A stretch of 64,000 bases of DNA from Candidatus Omnitrophota bacterium (GCA_043808095.1 JAZDFF010000031.1:37073-101072), one strand, 5' to 3'. Counted from the stretch's first letter, positions 48,074 to 58,825 are shown. Notes: generated by a model from the sequence alone, not told the origin. Numbers and translations are program-made.

Positions 48074-49128
48074 AAATCATAGATTGCGTAATCGAAAATA
48101 TAAGCGGGCTTGATTATGAACTTATGAAAAAGGCCCAGGATAGGCTGGATAATTTAACCAAGCCTCAAGGCAGTCTCGGAAGATTAGAGGAATTGGCGAA
48201 AATTATTGTAGGCATAACGCGAACAGCGTCCCCTGAGCTTAAAAATAAAGTTATCTTTACCCTTGCCGCAGACCACGGCGTTGCCGAAGAAAATGTTAGT
48301 GCTTACCCCAGAGAAGTTACCAGCCAGATGGTCTACAATTTTATAGACTGCGGCGCCGCGATAAACGTATTGGCAAAACATGTTGGTGCCAGGGTTGTGG
48401 TAGTAGATATCGGGGTAGCTTCTGATTTAAAACCCCATCCCAAATTAATGATTAAAAAAATAAATTATGGCACTAAGAATATAGTAAAAGGCTCGGCAAT
48501 GACTAAGGCCGAGGCAGAAAAGTCTATAGAAACGGGGATTAGCATTTTTGAAGAGGAGTTGAAAAAAGGGATTAATATTATCGGAACAGGCGAGATGGGT
48601 ATTGCAAATACTACTGCCTCAAGCGCAATAACTGCCCTTTTAACAAATAAGCCCCCGGAAGAAGTTACAGGAAGAGGTACAGGGATAGATGACAAGGTGT
48701 TAGAAAATAAAATCAAAATAATAAAAACGGCTTTAAAAATTAACCGGCCCAACCCCAGAGATCCCATAGATATCTTATCAAAAATAGGCGGGTTCGAGAT
48801 AGGAGGCCTTGTGGGGTTAATTTTGGCTGCTGCCTCAAAAAGGGTTCCTGTAGTAATTGATGGCTTTATTTCAGGGACAGCTGCATTGATAGCATACCAT
48901 TTAGAACCAAAGACAAAAGATTATATGATTGCCAGCCACTGTTCAGTAGAAAGAGGCCACAAAATTATCTTAGAGCATATGGGCCTTAAGCCCATATTAG
49001 ATTTAGACCTAAGGCTGGGGGAAGGTACGGGAGCTGCCCTGGGGATAAATATTATAGATGCGTCAATAAAGATTTTAACCCAGATGGCGACATTTAAAAA
49101 GGCTGGCGTTTCAGAAAAAACCCAATGA
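48070..49128 (+). CDS. cobT: Nicotinate-nucleotide-dimethylbenzimidazole phosphoribosyltransferase
   Basis: LTKPQGSLGRLE, AADHGV, GEMGIANTT, LRLGEGTGA. Confidence 0.95.
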   Translation: MKIIDCVIENISGLDYELMKKAQDRLDNLTKPQGSLGRLEELAKIIVGITRTASPELKNKVIFTLAADHGVAEENVSAYPREVTSQMVYNFIDCGAAINVLAKHVGARVVVVDIGVASDLKPHPKLMIKKINYGTKNIVKGSAMTKAEAEKSIETGISIFEEELKKGINIIGTGEMGIANTTASSAITALLTNKPPEEVTGRGTGIDDKVLENKIKIIKTALKINRPNPRDPIDILSKIGGFEIGGLVGLILAAASKRVPVVIDGFISGTAALIAYHLEPKTKDYMIASHCSVERGHKIILEHMGLKPILDLDLRLGEGTGAALGINIIDASIKILTQMATFKKAGVSEKTQ

Positions 49129-49179
49129 CCCATTCGACTTCGCTCAGGGTCATCCTGAGCGACTGAAAGGAGTCGAAGG

Positions 49180-49926
49180 ATGAGGAGCTTATTATTAGCT
49201 ATACAGTTTCTGACCATAATCCCAGTTAAAATCAAGAATGTCACTGACAAAAATTTTGCGAATTCAATGGTATATTTTCCGGTTGCAGGATTATTGATAG
49301 GCCTGATTTTAGCTGCAATAGCTCACCTGTTGTCCATTTTAAACTTCCAATATTTTGTATCAAATATTATTCTGGTTATTTCGCTAGTTATCATTACGGG
49401 AGGCATTCATCTGGATGGATTATCCGACACCTCCGATGCCCTATTAAGCAGAAAAGACAAAGACGAGATGTTAAGGATTATGCGGGATTCCCATATTGGG
49501 GTAATGGGAGCCCTGAGCATAATTTGTATTATATTGTTAAAGATATCTTTCCTTAGTTCTATTAATTCACCGTCAAAATTCGTATCGTTGGTTTTGATGT
49601 GCACTTTAAGCAGGTGGTCACTTGTATTAATGATGTTTTCCTTTCCTTATGCTAGAGAGGAAGGGAAGGCGAAAGTTTTTGTGCAAGGGGTTAATTTAAA
49701 GATATTAACTTTGGCTACAGTGATTGCCTTAGGCATTGCAGTTTCGGTCTGGCAGTTAAAAGGGCTATTAATCTTTGCGTTGACAGCGATAGGCAGTTAT
49801 GTAATCGGTAAATCCATAAATGATAAAATTAAAGGTTTAACCGGAGATTCTCTCGGGGCAATAAATGAACTCATAGAGGTCATTATATTATTTGGTGTAT
49901 GTATCTTAGAAAGGAGCGTTCTATGA
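49180..49926 (+). CDS. cobS: Cobalamin synthase
   Basis: QFLTIIP, TGGIHLDGLSD, IMRDSHIG, GLTGDSLGA. Confidence 0.94.
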   Translation: MRSLLLAIQFLTIIPVKIKNVTDKNFANSMVYFPVAGLLIGLILAAIAHLLSILNFQYFVSNIILVISLVIITGGIHLDGLSDTSDALLSRKDKDEMLRIMRDSHIGVMGALSIICIILLKISFLSSINSPSKFVSLVLMCTLSRWSLVLMMFSFPYAREEGKAKVFVQGVNLKILTLATVIALGIAVSVWQLKGLLIFALTAIGSYVIGKSINDKIKGLTGDSLGAINELIEVIILFGVCILERSVL

Positions 49927-50660
49927 ATAACTTAGCAGTTATTTCTTCCTGGAGTGGCGGCAAAGACGGTTGTCTGGCCTGTTATAAAGCAATAAAACAG
50001 GGTTATCAGGTAAAATTTCTTCTTAATTTTATTTCTCGGGAACATAAGCGCTGTTGTTTTCACGGAATCGAGTCCGGCCTCTTGAAATTGCAGGCTGAAG
50101 CAGTAGGATTCCCTCTTATCCAAAAAGAGGTTACTGCCGATATGCAGAAATACGAAGAGGAATTTAAAGAAGCTGTACTTGAATTAAAAACCAAAGGGAT
50201 TAAAACGATGGTTTTCGGAGATATATATCTACTGGACCAGATAAATTGGGTCGAACGCGTCTGTAAAGACTTAGAGATTGTCCCTCTAGAACCACTTTGG
50301 AACGTTCCTCCTTCGGAAATTATAGAAGAGTTTATTGATTTAGGCTTTAAGGCAATCATTGTCAGTTGTAAGGCCGATAAATTAGGAGGGGATTTTATCG
50401 GAAGGTGCTTGGATAAAGAAATAGTGAAAGAGTTCAAAAAGAGAAATGTTTGTCCCTGCGGAGAGAACGGCGAGTTTCATACCCTTGTTATCGACGGCCC
50501 CTTGTTTAAAAAAAGAATTGAGATATTAGAAAGCAGGCCCGTACTTAAAGAAGGGTTTTGGAAACATTGGTTTCTGGATATAAAAAAAATAATCCAGATA
50601 GACAAAGGAAATCCTTGTGTGATTCAGAGTGTTGCCCTGCAACGGTGTTATCACAGATGA
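49923..50660 (+). CDS. Diphthine-ammonia ligase-like PP-loop ATPase (DUF71/COG2102 family)
   Basis: SWSGGKDG, VFGDI, PCGENGEFHT; ATG at 49923. Confidence 0.85.
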   Translation: MNNLAVISSWSGGKDGCLACYKAIKQGYQVKFLLNFISREHKRCCFHGIESGLLKLQAEAVGFPLIQKEVTADMQKYEEEFKEAVLELKTKGIKTMVFGDIYLLDQINWVERVCKDLEIVPLEPLWNVPPSEIIEEFIDLGFKAIIVSCKADKLGGDFIGRCLDKEIVKEFKKRNVCPCGENGEFHTLVIDGPLFKKRIEILESRPVLKEGFWKHWFLDIKKIIQIDKGNPCVIQSVALQRCYHR

Positions 50661-50742
50661 GCACAGATTGTAAGATACAGATAAACACAGAGAAGAATTT
50701 CTGTGATAATTTGTGAAATTTTTTCTGTGCAAATCTGTGGTT
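50651..50742. repeat. Empty hairpin element, family B (right arms alone at 10481-10544, 11063-11107, 12412-12455)
   Basis: cacagatgagcacagat ... tctgtgcaaatctgtg; same arms as those around GxxExxY 19907. Confidence 0.8.
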
Positions 50743-50791
50743 AAGCCCGGTCGATTGCCTATTTTGGAGAATATTCACACGGGAGGAGAAG

Positions 50792-52672
50792 ATGAAGATT
50801 TATAAAATTAAACCTGTGTTGAGTCTGTTGCTATTATGTCTATTTCTTTTAGCTTCCATAAACAGTCAAGCAACTGAACCCGAAGCAGACAATTATTCAC
50901 TCGATCTCGAAAAAATAGTAGTAACTGCCTCAAAAATAGAACAGTTATATAAATATTCTACACAAAATATAAGCATAATTACTAGTAAAGATTTAGAGTC
51001 TACTGCTAAAGATGAGATTACTGAAGTTTTGGATTTATTGCCATCTGTAGATATATTAGAATATGGTTCTAGCGGTTCTACGCGCTCAGTCCATACCAGA
51101 GGTGCCTCATCAACTCAAGTTCTCACACTTATTGATGGAAGGCCGTTAAATACACCTCGCGATGGCGCTACAGACTTTAATCAAATCCCCCTTTCTAATA
51201 TTGAGAGAATTGAAGTATTACGCGGGCCTGCCAGTAGCATCTATGGAGCAAGCGCGATAGGAGGGGTTATCAATATAATTACCAAGAGCCCAAAAGAAAA
51301 AATGCAAACCGAACTATTTAGTAAGTTCGGCTCTTTTAGCACAAAACACGCTTATTTAACGAATGGATATAAGATTAAAGATTTCGATTATTCTTTATCT
51401 TATGATTACTTTGCTTCGCACGGTCATAGGGATAATTCCGATTATTTAAGTAATAATGTCAATACAAAATTTGGCTATCAACTTAACCAAGATAATCGTA
51501 TTACAGCCTCTTGCGGTTATTATAACTCTGAGGTAGGTGCCCCTGGTCAAGTTTCTTATCCAGACCTTGATGACAGACAAGAGGCATTCAAAAAATACAT
51601 TGACCTTACCTATACTGGGAAACTGTTAGAGGGGCAAGATATATTATTAAAATTATTCCACAATTTTGATAGGCTTGAGTTCATCGAGACGCCTAATCCT
51701 CTTGATAAAACTACAAATCAAACTAAGGTGTATGGGATAGATGCACAAATTTCTCAAACTTTTTTTGATATCTTTCGGACAGCGATTGGAACAAGCTTTC
51801 AGGAAAATAGACTTAACAGTTCAGGCAGCGGTAAACATACATACAATTTAAAAGGTGCTTATTTTGAATCAGAGACAGATTTCTTAAAACTCGGTTCTTT
51901 AAAGTTCGGGGCGCGCTGGGATGATTACTCCAATTTCGGAGATAGAATCAGCCCGAGTGTAAGTTCTGAATTTTGGTTATTTGATACTTTTAAACTTCAT
52001 GCCTTAGCAGCAAAATCTTTTCGCGCACCTACGTTTAATGACCTTTACTGGCCAAGAGAAGAATATTTTTGGGAGGGTATTTCTGTCGGTGGCGTGGAAG
52101 GAAATCCAAATCTGGGTTCAGAAAAGGCCATGTCTTACGAAGTGGGCTTAAGTGGATATTTGTTTAATAAATTCAAAGCCGACGTCACCTTATTTAAGAC
52201 AAAACTCAGAGATTTAATCGAATGGTCTGTTGATAACAATTGGTGGTGGAAACCGGAAAATGTGAATTCTGCAACAATAAAAGGAGTAGAACTCGAGACA
52301 GAATTTGTACTAAAAGAGAATCTTAAGGCTAATTTTAATTATACATATCTTGAGGCTAAAGATGTTAATACAAAAAAGTGGTTAATCTATCGGCCTAGGC
52401 ACCTGTATAAGTTAAAATTCGTATATTTACCTACCTCTAAATTCGAACTGGGACTGAGCATGATATATAAAACCAAAAGGTTTGCCAATGCAGATAACAC
52501 GGTGTATCTTAAACATTACTTTGTGCCGAATCTAAATTTTATTTATCGAATAAATAAAAATGTACAAATCAATTTCGAGGTTAATAACATTTTTGATAGA
52601 CAATACCAAGAGGAAAGAGACTACTCTATGCCAGGAAGGGCATTTTATGGAGGGATGAAGTTTTCATTTTGA
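50792..52672 (+). CDS. btuB: TonB-dependent receptor, BtuB-like
   Basis: Signal peptide, IVVTAS, IERIEVLRGPASSIYG, FRAPTFNDLY, C-terminal F. Confidence 0.8.
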   Translation: MKIYKIKPVLSLLLLCLFLLASINSQATEPEADNYSLDLEKIVVTASKIEQLYKYSTQNISIITSKDLESTAKDEITEVLDLLPSVDILEYGSSGSTRSVHTRGASSTQVLTLIDGRPLNTPRDGATDFNQIPLSNIERIEVLRGPASSIYGASAIGGVINIITKSPKEKMQTELFSKFGSFSTKHAYLTNGYKIKDFDYSLSYDYFASHGHRDNSDYLSNNVNTKFGYQLNQDNRITASCGYYNSEVGAPGQVSYPDLDDRQEAFKKYIDLTYTGKLLEGQDILLKLFHNFDRLEFIETPNPLDKTTNQTKVYGIDAQISQTFFDIFRTAIGTSFQENRLNSSGSGKHTYNLKGAYFESETDFLKLGSLKFGARWDDYSNFGDRISPSVSSEFWLFDTFKLHALAAKSFRAPTFNDLYWPREEYFWEGISVGGVEGNPNLGSEKAMSYEVGLSGYLFNKFKADVTLFKTKLRDLIEWSVDNNWWWKPENVNSATIKGVELETEFVLKENLKANFNYTYLEAKDVNTKKWLIYRPRHLYKLKFVYLPTSKFELGLSMIYKTKRFANADNTVYLKHYFVPNLNFIYRINKNVQINFEVNNIFDRQYQEERDYSMPGRAFYGGMKFSF

Positions 52673-52775
52673 AATTCTTGCTTGTAAGAGCAGCGGCTTA
52701 AAATTAGAATTTTAAAATCGCTTTTGGGAAGTAAAATCTCTCGACAATCAGTAGTTGTTGAGGTATATTTAAACT

Positions 52776-53447
52776 ATGAAAAGGACTCCGCCTTTTTTGT
52801 TTTTTTCCATTATCTCGGCATTAATCCACGTCCTGATTTTATTTTCTTCGCCTAATGCACAGGCCTTAAAAGAGAGAAGGCTTTTGGCTAAAGAAATAAC
52901 GGTGACCTACCAGAAATTTAAGGACATCTCCCAGAAAGAAAGAGCATTGTTTCAACAATACAGGCCAGAACTGGGGCCTAAGATAGCAAGTGCCAAAGAC
53001 CTGCCTTTAAAGGTTAAAAATATCGAACCCTTGCTCTTAAAAGAGCGATTTTACCAAGATTTAAAAATTACGGCTGATAAAAAGCCCTTAATCCCTAAGT
53101 CGGGCCTTAACCAGAAAAAGGTTTCTCTGCCTGAGCTAGAGCAGCCTCAGATTAAGAACCCCCTTTATCTTAGTTACTATCAGGATATCCGGGCCAGGAT
53201 TAAGCATTTTGCTTATAGTAATTATACCCGCCTGGAAAAGGGCGAGATATATATGACTTTTATAATTTCCTCTGACGGAAGCCTAAAAGATATCAAAGTC
53301 CTTAATGATAAATCTACAGATAGCCCATACCTAAAAGGGATAAGCCTCAAGAGCGTAAAAGAGGCAACTCCCTATCCCAATTTCCCCAAAGAACTAAACT
53401 ACCCGCAGCTGTCCTTTAATGTCATAATCTCCTATGAGATAGATTGA
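52776..53447 (+). CDS. TonB-family energy transducer-like protein
   Basis: N-terminal TM with S..IH and a C-terminal TonB_C-like domain; follows the TonB-dependent receptor. Confidence 0.65.
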   Translation: MKRTPPFLFFSIISALIHVLILFSSPNAQALKERRLLAKEITVTYQKFKDISQKERALFQQYRPELGPKIASAKDLPLKVKNIEPLLLKERFYQDLKITADKKPLIPKSGLNQKKVSLPELEQPQIKNPLYLSYYQDIRARIKHFAYSNYTRLEKGEIYMTFIISSDGSLKDIKVLNDKSTDSPYLKGISLKSVKEATPYPNFPKELNYPQLSFNVIISYEID

Positions 53448-53560
53448 TTCTTACTCCCGGCTCAAATCCCGTTTATCTAATAACCTAATAGCTATCTTTT
53501 AAAGGTTGAGATTTATAAATCTGGCATCTATGATATAGCATCCAGAATCTTAAAAACTCG

Positions 53561-53590
53561 CTTTACAATGAGTATAAATGATGGTAAAAT
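53561..53590 (+). promoter_or_regulatory. Putative promoter of the rpsU operon
   Basis: TTTACA-17-TAAAAT. Confidence 0.5.
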
Positions 53591-53774
53591 ATCTACCTAA
53601 AAATAGGGCGTCACAAAAGTGCCGCCCTTGATTACTGTGATTAAGAAAACAGATTACAGCGATTAAGCATGTCATCGAGATAATCACTGGAATCTTATTT
53701 AAAATCACTGTAATCATAGGCTGGAACGGCTTTCGTGACAGCCTATTCCTAAAAAGAAAAGGAGATGATTAAAT

Positions 53775-53933
53775 ATGTCAGAGGTTGAAATAAGAAGGGG
53801 TGAGTCTTTTGAGGCTGCCCTGCGCCGGTTTAAGCAAAAAATCGAGCGTGATGGTATCCTGAAAGAAGTAAGGGACCGCAAGCACTACGAGAAGCCAAGC
53901 GAGAAAAAGCGTAAGAAAAGCCGAAGAAGGTAA
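53775..53933 (+). CDS. rpsU: 30S ribosomal protein S21 (absent from the ORF track)
   Basis: Manual translation MSEVEIRRGESFEAALRRFKQKIERDGILKEVRDRKHYEKPSEKKRKKSRRR*. Confidence 0.95.
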   Translation: MSEVEIRRGESFEAALRRFKQKIERDGILKEVRDRKHYEKPSEKKRKKSRRR

Positions 53934-54852
53934 TGTTTGCGTTATCCACATCCTGGAATGCCCAAAAGTTTGACAACGGCAAGGAATTAATCAAGGAAAT
54001 AACAGAATTAGATTTTAAAAATATCGAACTTAGTTTTAATCTTACCCCTCTGATCCTGGATGACATTTACTCCTTTTAAAAAAAGGCGTAATTAAAGTAA
54101 TAAGTTTGCACAATTTTTGCCCTGTACCCGAAGGCCTGGAGAGGTCAAAAGCGCTTCCTGATTGTTATTCACTTGCCAGCCTAGACGAGGGAATTCGTAA
54201 AGACGCAGTAAATCATACCAAAAAGACCATTGATACCGCCACTAGTTTTAAGGCTAAGGCAGTGGTTTTACATTGCGGCCGGGTTGAAATGCCGGATAAA
54301 ACAATTGCATTAATCGAGTTATTCAAAAAAGGCCTAATTCATTCAGAAGAATATAGAAATCTCAAGGCTCAAGCCCTGGAAGAGAGAGAAGAAAAACTTG
54401 AGCCATTTTTAAATCAGGCCCTAAAAAGCCTGGCTGAACTTTTAGGATATGCAAAGGAAAAAGGGATTGTTCTGGGTATTGAAAATAGGTTTTATCTTCG
54501 CGAGATACCTAATTTTAATGAAATAGGTTTATTTTTAAAAACCTTTCCTAACAAAAATATAGCCTATTGGCACGATGCAGGTCATGCCAAGGTTCAAGAG
54601 AATTTAGGATTTAATTATCATCTCGAATATCTTAAGGCGTATTATAAAAGAATGATAGGGATGCATCTTCATGGCGTGGAGGGCACAGTTGACCATCTAT
54701 CTCCCTTAGACGGGGAAATTGATTTCACTGATTTAGTCGGTTTTACCCAAAAAGACACTTTAAAGGTTATTGAATCCCATAAGACAGCAAGCCCCAGCCA
54801 ATTAGCGGAAGCGGCAAAATACTTAAGAGGTATTTTTAATGACTACGATTAG
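53933..54852 (+). pseudogene. Sugar-phosphate isomerase/AP-endonuclease-2 TIM barrel, split by a single-base frameshift near 54076
   Basis: MFALSTSWNA... stops at TAA 54077; the -1 frame continues KKGVIKVISLHNFCP...IENR...WHDAGHA...HLHG. Confidence 0.75.
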
Positions 54853-55654
54853 GCAGCCTGCTGTCAGCGGCCAATTTTATTACAGTTCCCCCGAGGCATT
54901 AAAAAAACAGATTGCCTCTTTTATTGATCAAGATGCCAAAAAACAGACTGTCTTGGCTATGGTCCTGCCGCATGCAGGATATGTTTATTCTGGAAGGGTG
55001 GCCGTTCAAACTATTAGCAATGCCGAGTTTAAAGAGACATTCATTCTTATAGGCCCGAATCATACCGGACACGGAAAGGCCTTTAGCATAATGACTGAGG
55101 GTTCCTGGCGCACGCCCTTTGGCGAGGTCCCTATTGACGAAAAATTAGCTAAAGAGATTTTGAATGACTCAGGGAATCTTTCCGAAGATACCCCGGCCCA
55201 GCGATACGAGCATTCTCTGGAAGTAGAATTACCCATACTCCAGTATTTTAAATCTGATTTTAAAATTGTTCCTCTGGTAATTGCACCGGCAGATAAAAGG
55301 ACCTATGAACGTATTGGTATTGAATTAGCCGGGACCATTAAAAGATTAAATGTAACTGATAAGGTAATTATTATTGCCAGCTCCGATATGACCCATTACG
55401 AACCACAAGAAGAAGCAGAAAAAAAGGACAGACTGGCAATTGAGGCTATTTTAAAATTAGACCACAGTCTTTTATTAGAGCGTGTCGCGGACCTGGATAT
55501 ATCAATGTGTGGTTATGCTGCGGTTGTCATAATGCTGGTTAGCGCAAAGAGGTTGGGTGCTAAAGAGGCAAGGCTTATCAGGTACGAAACTAGCGGTGAA
55601 GCTTCAGGAGACTATAGTTCTGTAGTAGGTTATGCCGGCATAATTATAAACTAG
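54839..55654 (+). CDS. amrB: AmmeMemoRadiSam system protein B (MEMO1 family)
   Basis: RQPAVSGQFY, PHAGYVYSG, GPNH, EHSLEVELP, SSDMTHY, SMCG. Confidence 0.9.
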   Translation: MTTIRQPAVSGQFYYSSPEALKKQIASFIDQDAKKQTVLAMVLPHAGYVYSGRVAVQTISNAEFKETFILIGPNHTGHGKAFSIMTEGSWRTPFGEVPIDEKLAKEILNDSGNLSEDTPAQRYEHSLEVELPILQYFKSDFKIVPLVIAPADKRTYERIGIELAGTIKRLNVTDKVIIIASSDMTHYEPQEEAEKKDRLAIEAILKLDHSLLLERVADLDISMCGYAAVVIMLVSAKRLGAKEARLIRYETSGEASGDYSSVVGYAGIIIN

Positions 55655-55673
55655 ACGGGGGGGGAAAAGCACG

Positions 55674-56021
55674 ATGAATGACGACGCCAAAAAACAAATA
55701 GACGAGTCTTGGAAAGAAACGGTAGAAAAGGAAAAGACAGTTAAAGACTCAGAGATTAAACAGGAAAAATTTCAGATTCCTAAACCGGATTTTAAATTTT
55801 TTATTTCTACGCTCAGCCTTCAGGCATTTATTGCCCTGGGCGAATTAGAAAATCCGGTCAGCCACAAAAAAGAAGAAGATCTTAACCAGGCAAAGTTTCT
55901 TATTGATACCCTGGATATGCTAAAAGAAAAAACCAAAGGTAATCTTGACGAAGAAGAAGCCAGTATCTTAGAAGATGTACTCTATGAATTAAAGATGAAA
56001 TATGTAGCGAAGGGAGGTTAA
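55674..56021 (+). CDS. DUF1844-like protein
   Basis: A..ALGELENP...QAKFLIDTLDMLKEKTKGNL. Confidence 0.75.
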   Translation: MNDDAKKQIDESWKETVEKEKTVKDSEIKQEKFQIPKPDFKFFISTLSLQAFIALGELENPVSHKKEEDLNQAKFLIDTLDMLKEKTKGNLDEEEASILEDVLYELKMKYVAKGG

Positions 56022-56022
56022 A

Positions 56023-56196
56023 ATGATCGATAAAGAATTATTAGATATATTGGCATGCCCGGCTTGTAAGGCTGATGTAGAGCTTAAAAATGAAAAAATC
56101 GTCTGCACTAAATGCGGCCGTAAATACCCCATTCGTGATGGTATCCCCATAATGCTAATTGATGAAGCCGAACCTCCCACAAAGAAAGGCGAGTAA
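56023..56196 (+). CDS. Trm112-like (UPF0434) small protein (absent from the ORF track)
   Basis: [16 protein letters not shown]...[19 protein letters not shown]; GGAGG RBS. Confidence 0.9.
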   Translation: MIDKELLDILACPACKADVELKNEKIVCTKCGRKYPIRDGIPIMLIDEAEPPTKKGE

Positions 56197-56198
56197 CC

Positions 56199-56654
56199 AT
56201 GAAACCGAGAATCTTAATTATCCATGGTCCGAATTTGAATCTTTTGGGAAAAAGAGAGCCTGATATTTATGGTAAGTTTACCTTAAAAGAAATCGACGGG
56301 AAACTTAAAAATTTAGGCGATTCCCTCGGCGTTACGATAAAGGCGGTGCAGTCAAATCATGAAGGCGAGATAGTCGATTTTATCGGCAGCGCACCGGGAA
56401 AATTTGACGCAGTTGTTATAAACCCTGCAGCCTATACCCATACCAGCGTGGCTATTCGTGATGCGATTTCCGCTATTCATATTCCAGTAATCGAGGTACA
56501 TCTCTCAAACATCTATGGCCGGGAGGATTTTCGCCATACCTCGCTGATTTCTGCGGTATGCTCCGGAGGAGTATTTGGTTTTGGAATAGAAAGTTATCTC
56601 CTGGGGCTGCGCGCCGCATTATTTTTGGTTAAGAATAAGCGCAAATCCCGCTAG
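56199..56654 (+). CDS. aroQ: Type II 3-dehydroquinate dehydratase
   Basis: [35 protein letters not shown]. Confidence 0.96.
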   Translation: MKPRILIIHGPNLNLLGKREPDIYGKFTLKEIDGKLKNLGDSLGVTIKAVQSNHEGEIVDFIGSAPGKFDAVVINPAAYTHTSVAIRDAISAIHIPVIEVHLSNIYGREDFRHTSLISAVCSGGVFGFGIESYLLGLRAALFLVKNKRKSR

Positions 56655-56688
56655 AGATTAATCTGGCGGATCCTATCTTACGGAATAA

Positions 56689-57747
56689 ATGAACCTGCGT
56701 ATAGAAAGGCTCATTGATTTATTGCTTAAAGAAAATTTAAGCGGCCTTCTTATAAACCATCCGGCAAATATCCAATACCTTAGCGACTATCGCGGCCAAG
56801 AATCCTACCTTATTATCTCGGCAAAACACACTGTTTTTCTTACCGATTTTCGTTATATCGAAGAGGCCAAGACTGCTTTAAAGGGAATAGAGGTTAGGCA
56901 GATAACTGAGGCGCATTTTGAATCTCTCTCCGGGGTAATCAAAGACCTTGGTCTAAAGAGACTCGGGTTTGAGGCTGAATATACCTCTGTTTTAGAGCAT
57001 AAAAAACTTAAATCCTTACTGGCTAAAGGCGTCGAATTAATCCCGACAACGGATTTAGTAGAGAAATTGCGCTTAGTTAAGGACAGCAGTGAGGTAAAAA
57101 AGATTAGGTCAGCCATAGAGCTTACTGGAAAGGCCCTTAAATTCTTTAATTCTATTTTGAAACCAGGGGTAAAAGAAATAGACCTGGCTGCTGAGCTTGG
57201 CCGTTTCATTAAGAAAAACGGCGGCCTGGCAGAGGCATTTCCCATAATTATTGCCTCTGGAAAGAACTCAAGTTATCCTCATGCTGCATTAACCCATAAG
57301 CCAATTAAAAGAGGAGAGCCGGTTATGGTTGATCTAGGAGTTGACTTTTTGGGCTACAAATCCGACTTGACAAGGATATTCTTTTTAGATAAAATAAGTC
57401 CAAGGATTAGAAGTATTTACGACGTTGTACGAGAGGCACAGGAGAGGGCGTTTAAAAGGATAAAACCAGGCTCGCCTATCAGCCAAATCGACAAGGCAGC
57501 CCGTGAATATATTGTTCAAAAAGGCTATGGAAAATTTTTTGGGCATAGCTTAGGTCACGGTATCGGCTTAGAAGTCCACGAAGGCCCACCAATTTCTTCA
57601 AGGAATAATGATTGTATAATCCCGGGAATGGTTTTTACTATTGAACCGGCTATTTATCTTCCGGGTAAGTTTGGGATTAGAATAGAGGATGATGTCCTCG
57701 TAACCGAAAAAGGAGCAAAGATTTTAAGTGACAGTATCAATAAATGA
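56689..57747 (+). CDS. Xaa-Pro aminopeptidase (M24)
   Basis: TDFRY, SDLTR, HSLGHGIGLEVHE, TIEP, IRIEDD. Confidence 0.92.
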   Translation: MNLRIERLIDLLLKENLSGLLINHPANIQYLSDYRGQESYLIISAKHTVFLTDFRYIEEAKTALKGIEVRQITEAHFESLSGVIKDLGLKRLGFEAEYTSVLEHKKLKSLLAKGVELIPTTDLVEKLRLVKDSSEVKKIRSAIELTGKALKFFNSILKPGVKEIDLAAELGRFIKKNGGLAEAFPIIIASGKNSSYPHAALTHKPIKRGEPVMVDLGVDFLGYKSDLTRIFFLDKISPRIRSIYDVVREAQERAFKRIKPGSPISQIDKAAREYIVQKGYGKFFGHSLGHGIGLEVHEGPPISSRNNDCIIPGMVFTIEPAIYLPGKFGIRIEDDVLVTEKGAKILSDSINK

Positions 57748-58288
57748 AATCAAGGTCGGATTAACCGTCCTCGTAGAGAGAGAAATCTATACTGTAGTAG
57801 ATTTACATCATGTTAAGCCCGGTAAAGGCGCTGCCTTTGTACGCACAAAGTTAAAAAACCTAAAGACCCAAAATGTTCTTGAGAGGACATTCCGCGGGGA
57901 CGAAAAGATTGAAGAGGCATTCATTGAACAGAGGAAGCTCCAATTTTTATATAGGGCAGGGGATGCCTTTCATTTTATGGACCAGGAATCATTTGAAGAG
58001 ACCGTTCTCCCTTATGAAAAGATAAAAGATACACAAGGGTGGCTTAAAGATAATATCGAGGTAACTGCACTCTTTTTTAAAGATGAATTATTGTCGGCAA
58101 ATGTCCCCAACTTTATTGAATTTAAGATAGTTAGTACGGAAACAGGCCTAAGAGGAGATTCTTCAAAGGCCGGGACGAAACCTGCGAAATTAGAGACAGG
58201 TAAAATCGTACAGGTGCCTTTATTTATCGAAGAGGGTAATTTTATAAGAGTAGATACGCGCAGCGGCGAATATATTGAAAGAGCCTAG
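57728..58288 (+). CDS. efp: Elongation factor P
   Basis: HVKPGKGAAFVRTKLKN, KPAKLETG, VPLFI. Confidence 0.96.
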   Translation: MTVSINEIKVGLTVLVEREIYTVVDLHHVKPGKGAAFVRTKLKNLKTQNVLERTFRGDEKIEEAFIEQRKLQFLYRAGDAFHFMDQESFEETVLPYEKIKDTQGWLKDNIEVTALFFKDELLSANVPNFIEFKIVSTETGLRGDSSKAGTKPAKLETGKIVQVPLFIEEGNFIRVDTRSGEYIERA

Positions 58289-58368
58289 TAAAAAATGATT
58301 GCAGCGATTAGTAATTATGATTACAGTGATTAAATCTCTGGAATCATCTATTAATAAAGGAGGTTCGC

Positions 58369-58821
58369 GTGAACCTTAAAGAGATTAAAGAGATGATTGC
58401 CCTAATGAATGAAAATAATCTCACCGAATTAGAGATAGAGCGCGAGGGCATGCGGATTAAGTTAAAAAAGGGCATGGATGAAGCCGAGATTAGGCAGATA
58501 AGTTATACTCAAACAGATAAGACTGCTCCTCATCAGAGCTTTATTGAAGAAGAGAAAGCCCCGCCACAGGTATCTAAAAATGCCTTTGAGATAAAGGCGC
58601 CGATGGTCGGGACATTCTACCGGACGCCTTCTCCGGAGGCGCCTCCTTTTATTGAGGTTGGCCAAGAGATAGAGGTGGGACAGGTCATCTGTATAATCGA
58701 GGCCATGAAATTAATGAATGAGATAAAATCCGAGGTCAGAGGAAAAATCCTAGAGATTTGTGTTGATAATGCTGAACCGGTAGAATTTGGTCAGGTAATA
58801 TTTTTAATCCAGCCGCAATAG
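58369..58821 (+). CDS. accB: Acetyl-CoA carboxylase biotin carboxyl carrier protein
   Basis: [20 protein letters not shown]. Confidence 0.96.
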   Translation: MNLKEIKEMIALMNENNLTELEIEREGMRIKLKKGMDEAEIRQISYTQTDKTAPHQSFIEEEKAPPQVSKNAFEIKAPMVGTFYRTPSPEAPPFIEVGQEIEVGQVICIIEAMKLMNEIKSEVRGKILEICVDNAEPVEFGQVIFLIQPQ

Positions 58822-58825
58822 AGTT

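Noticed and set aside
54070-54090. Programmed -1 ribosomal frameshift
   Set aside because: No in-frame X XXY YYZ heptamer precedes the stop and no obvious stimulatory structure was seen.
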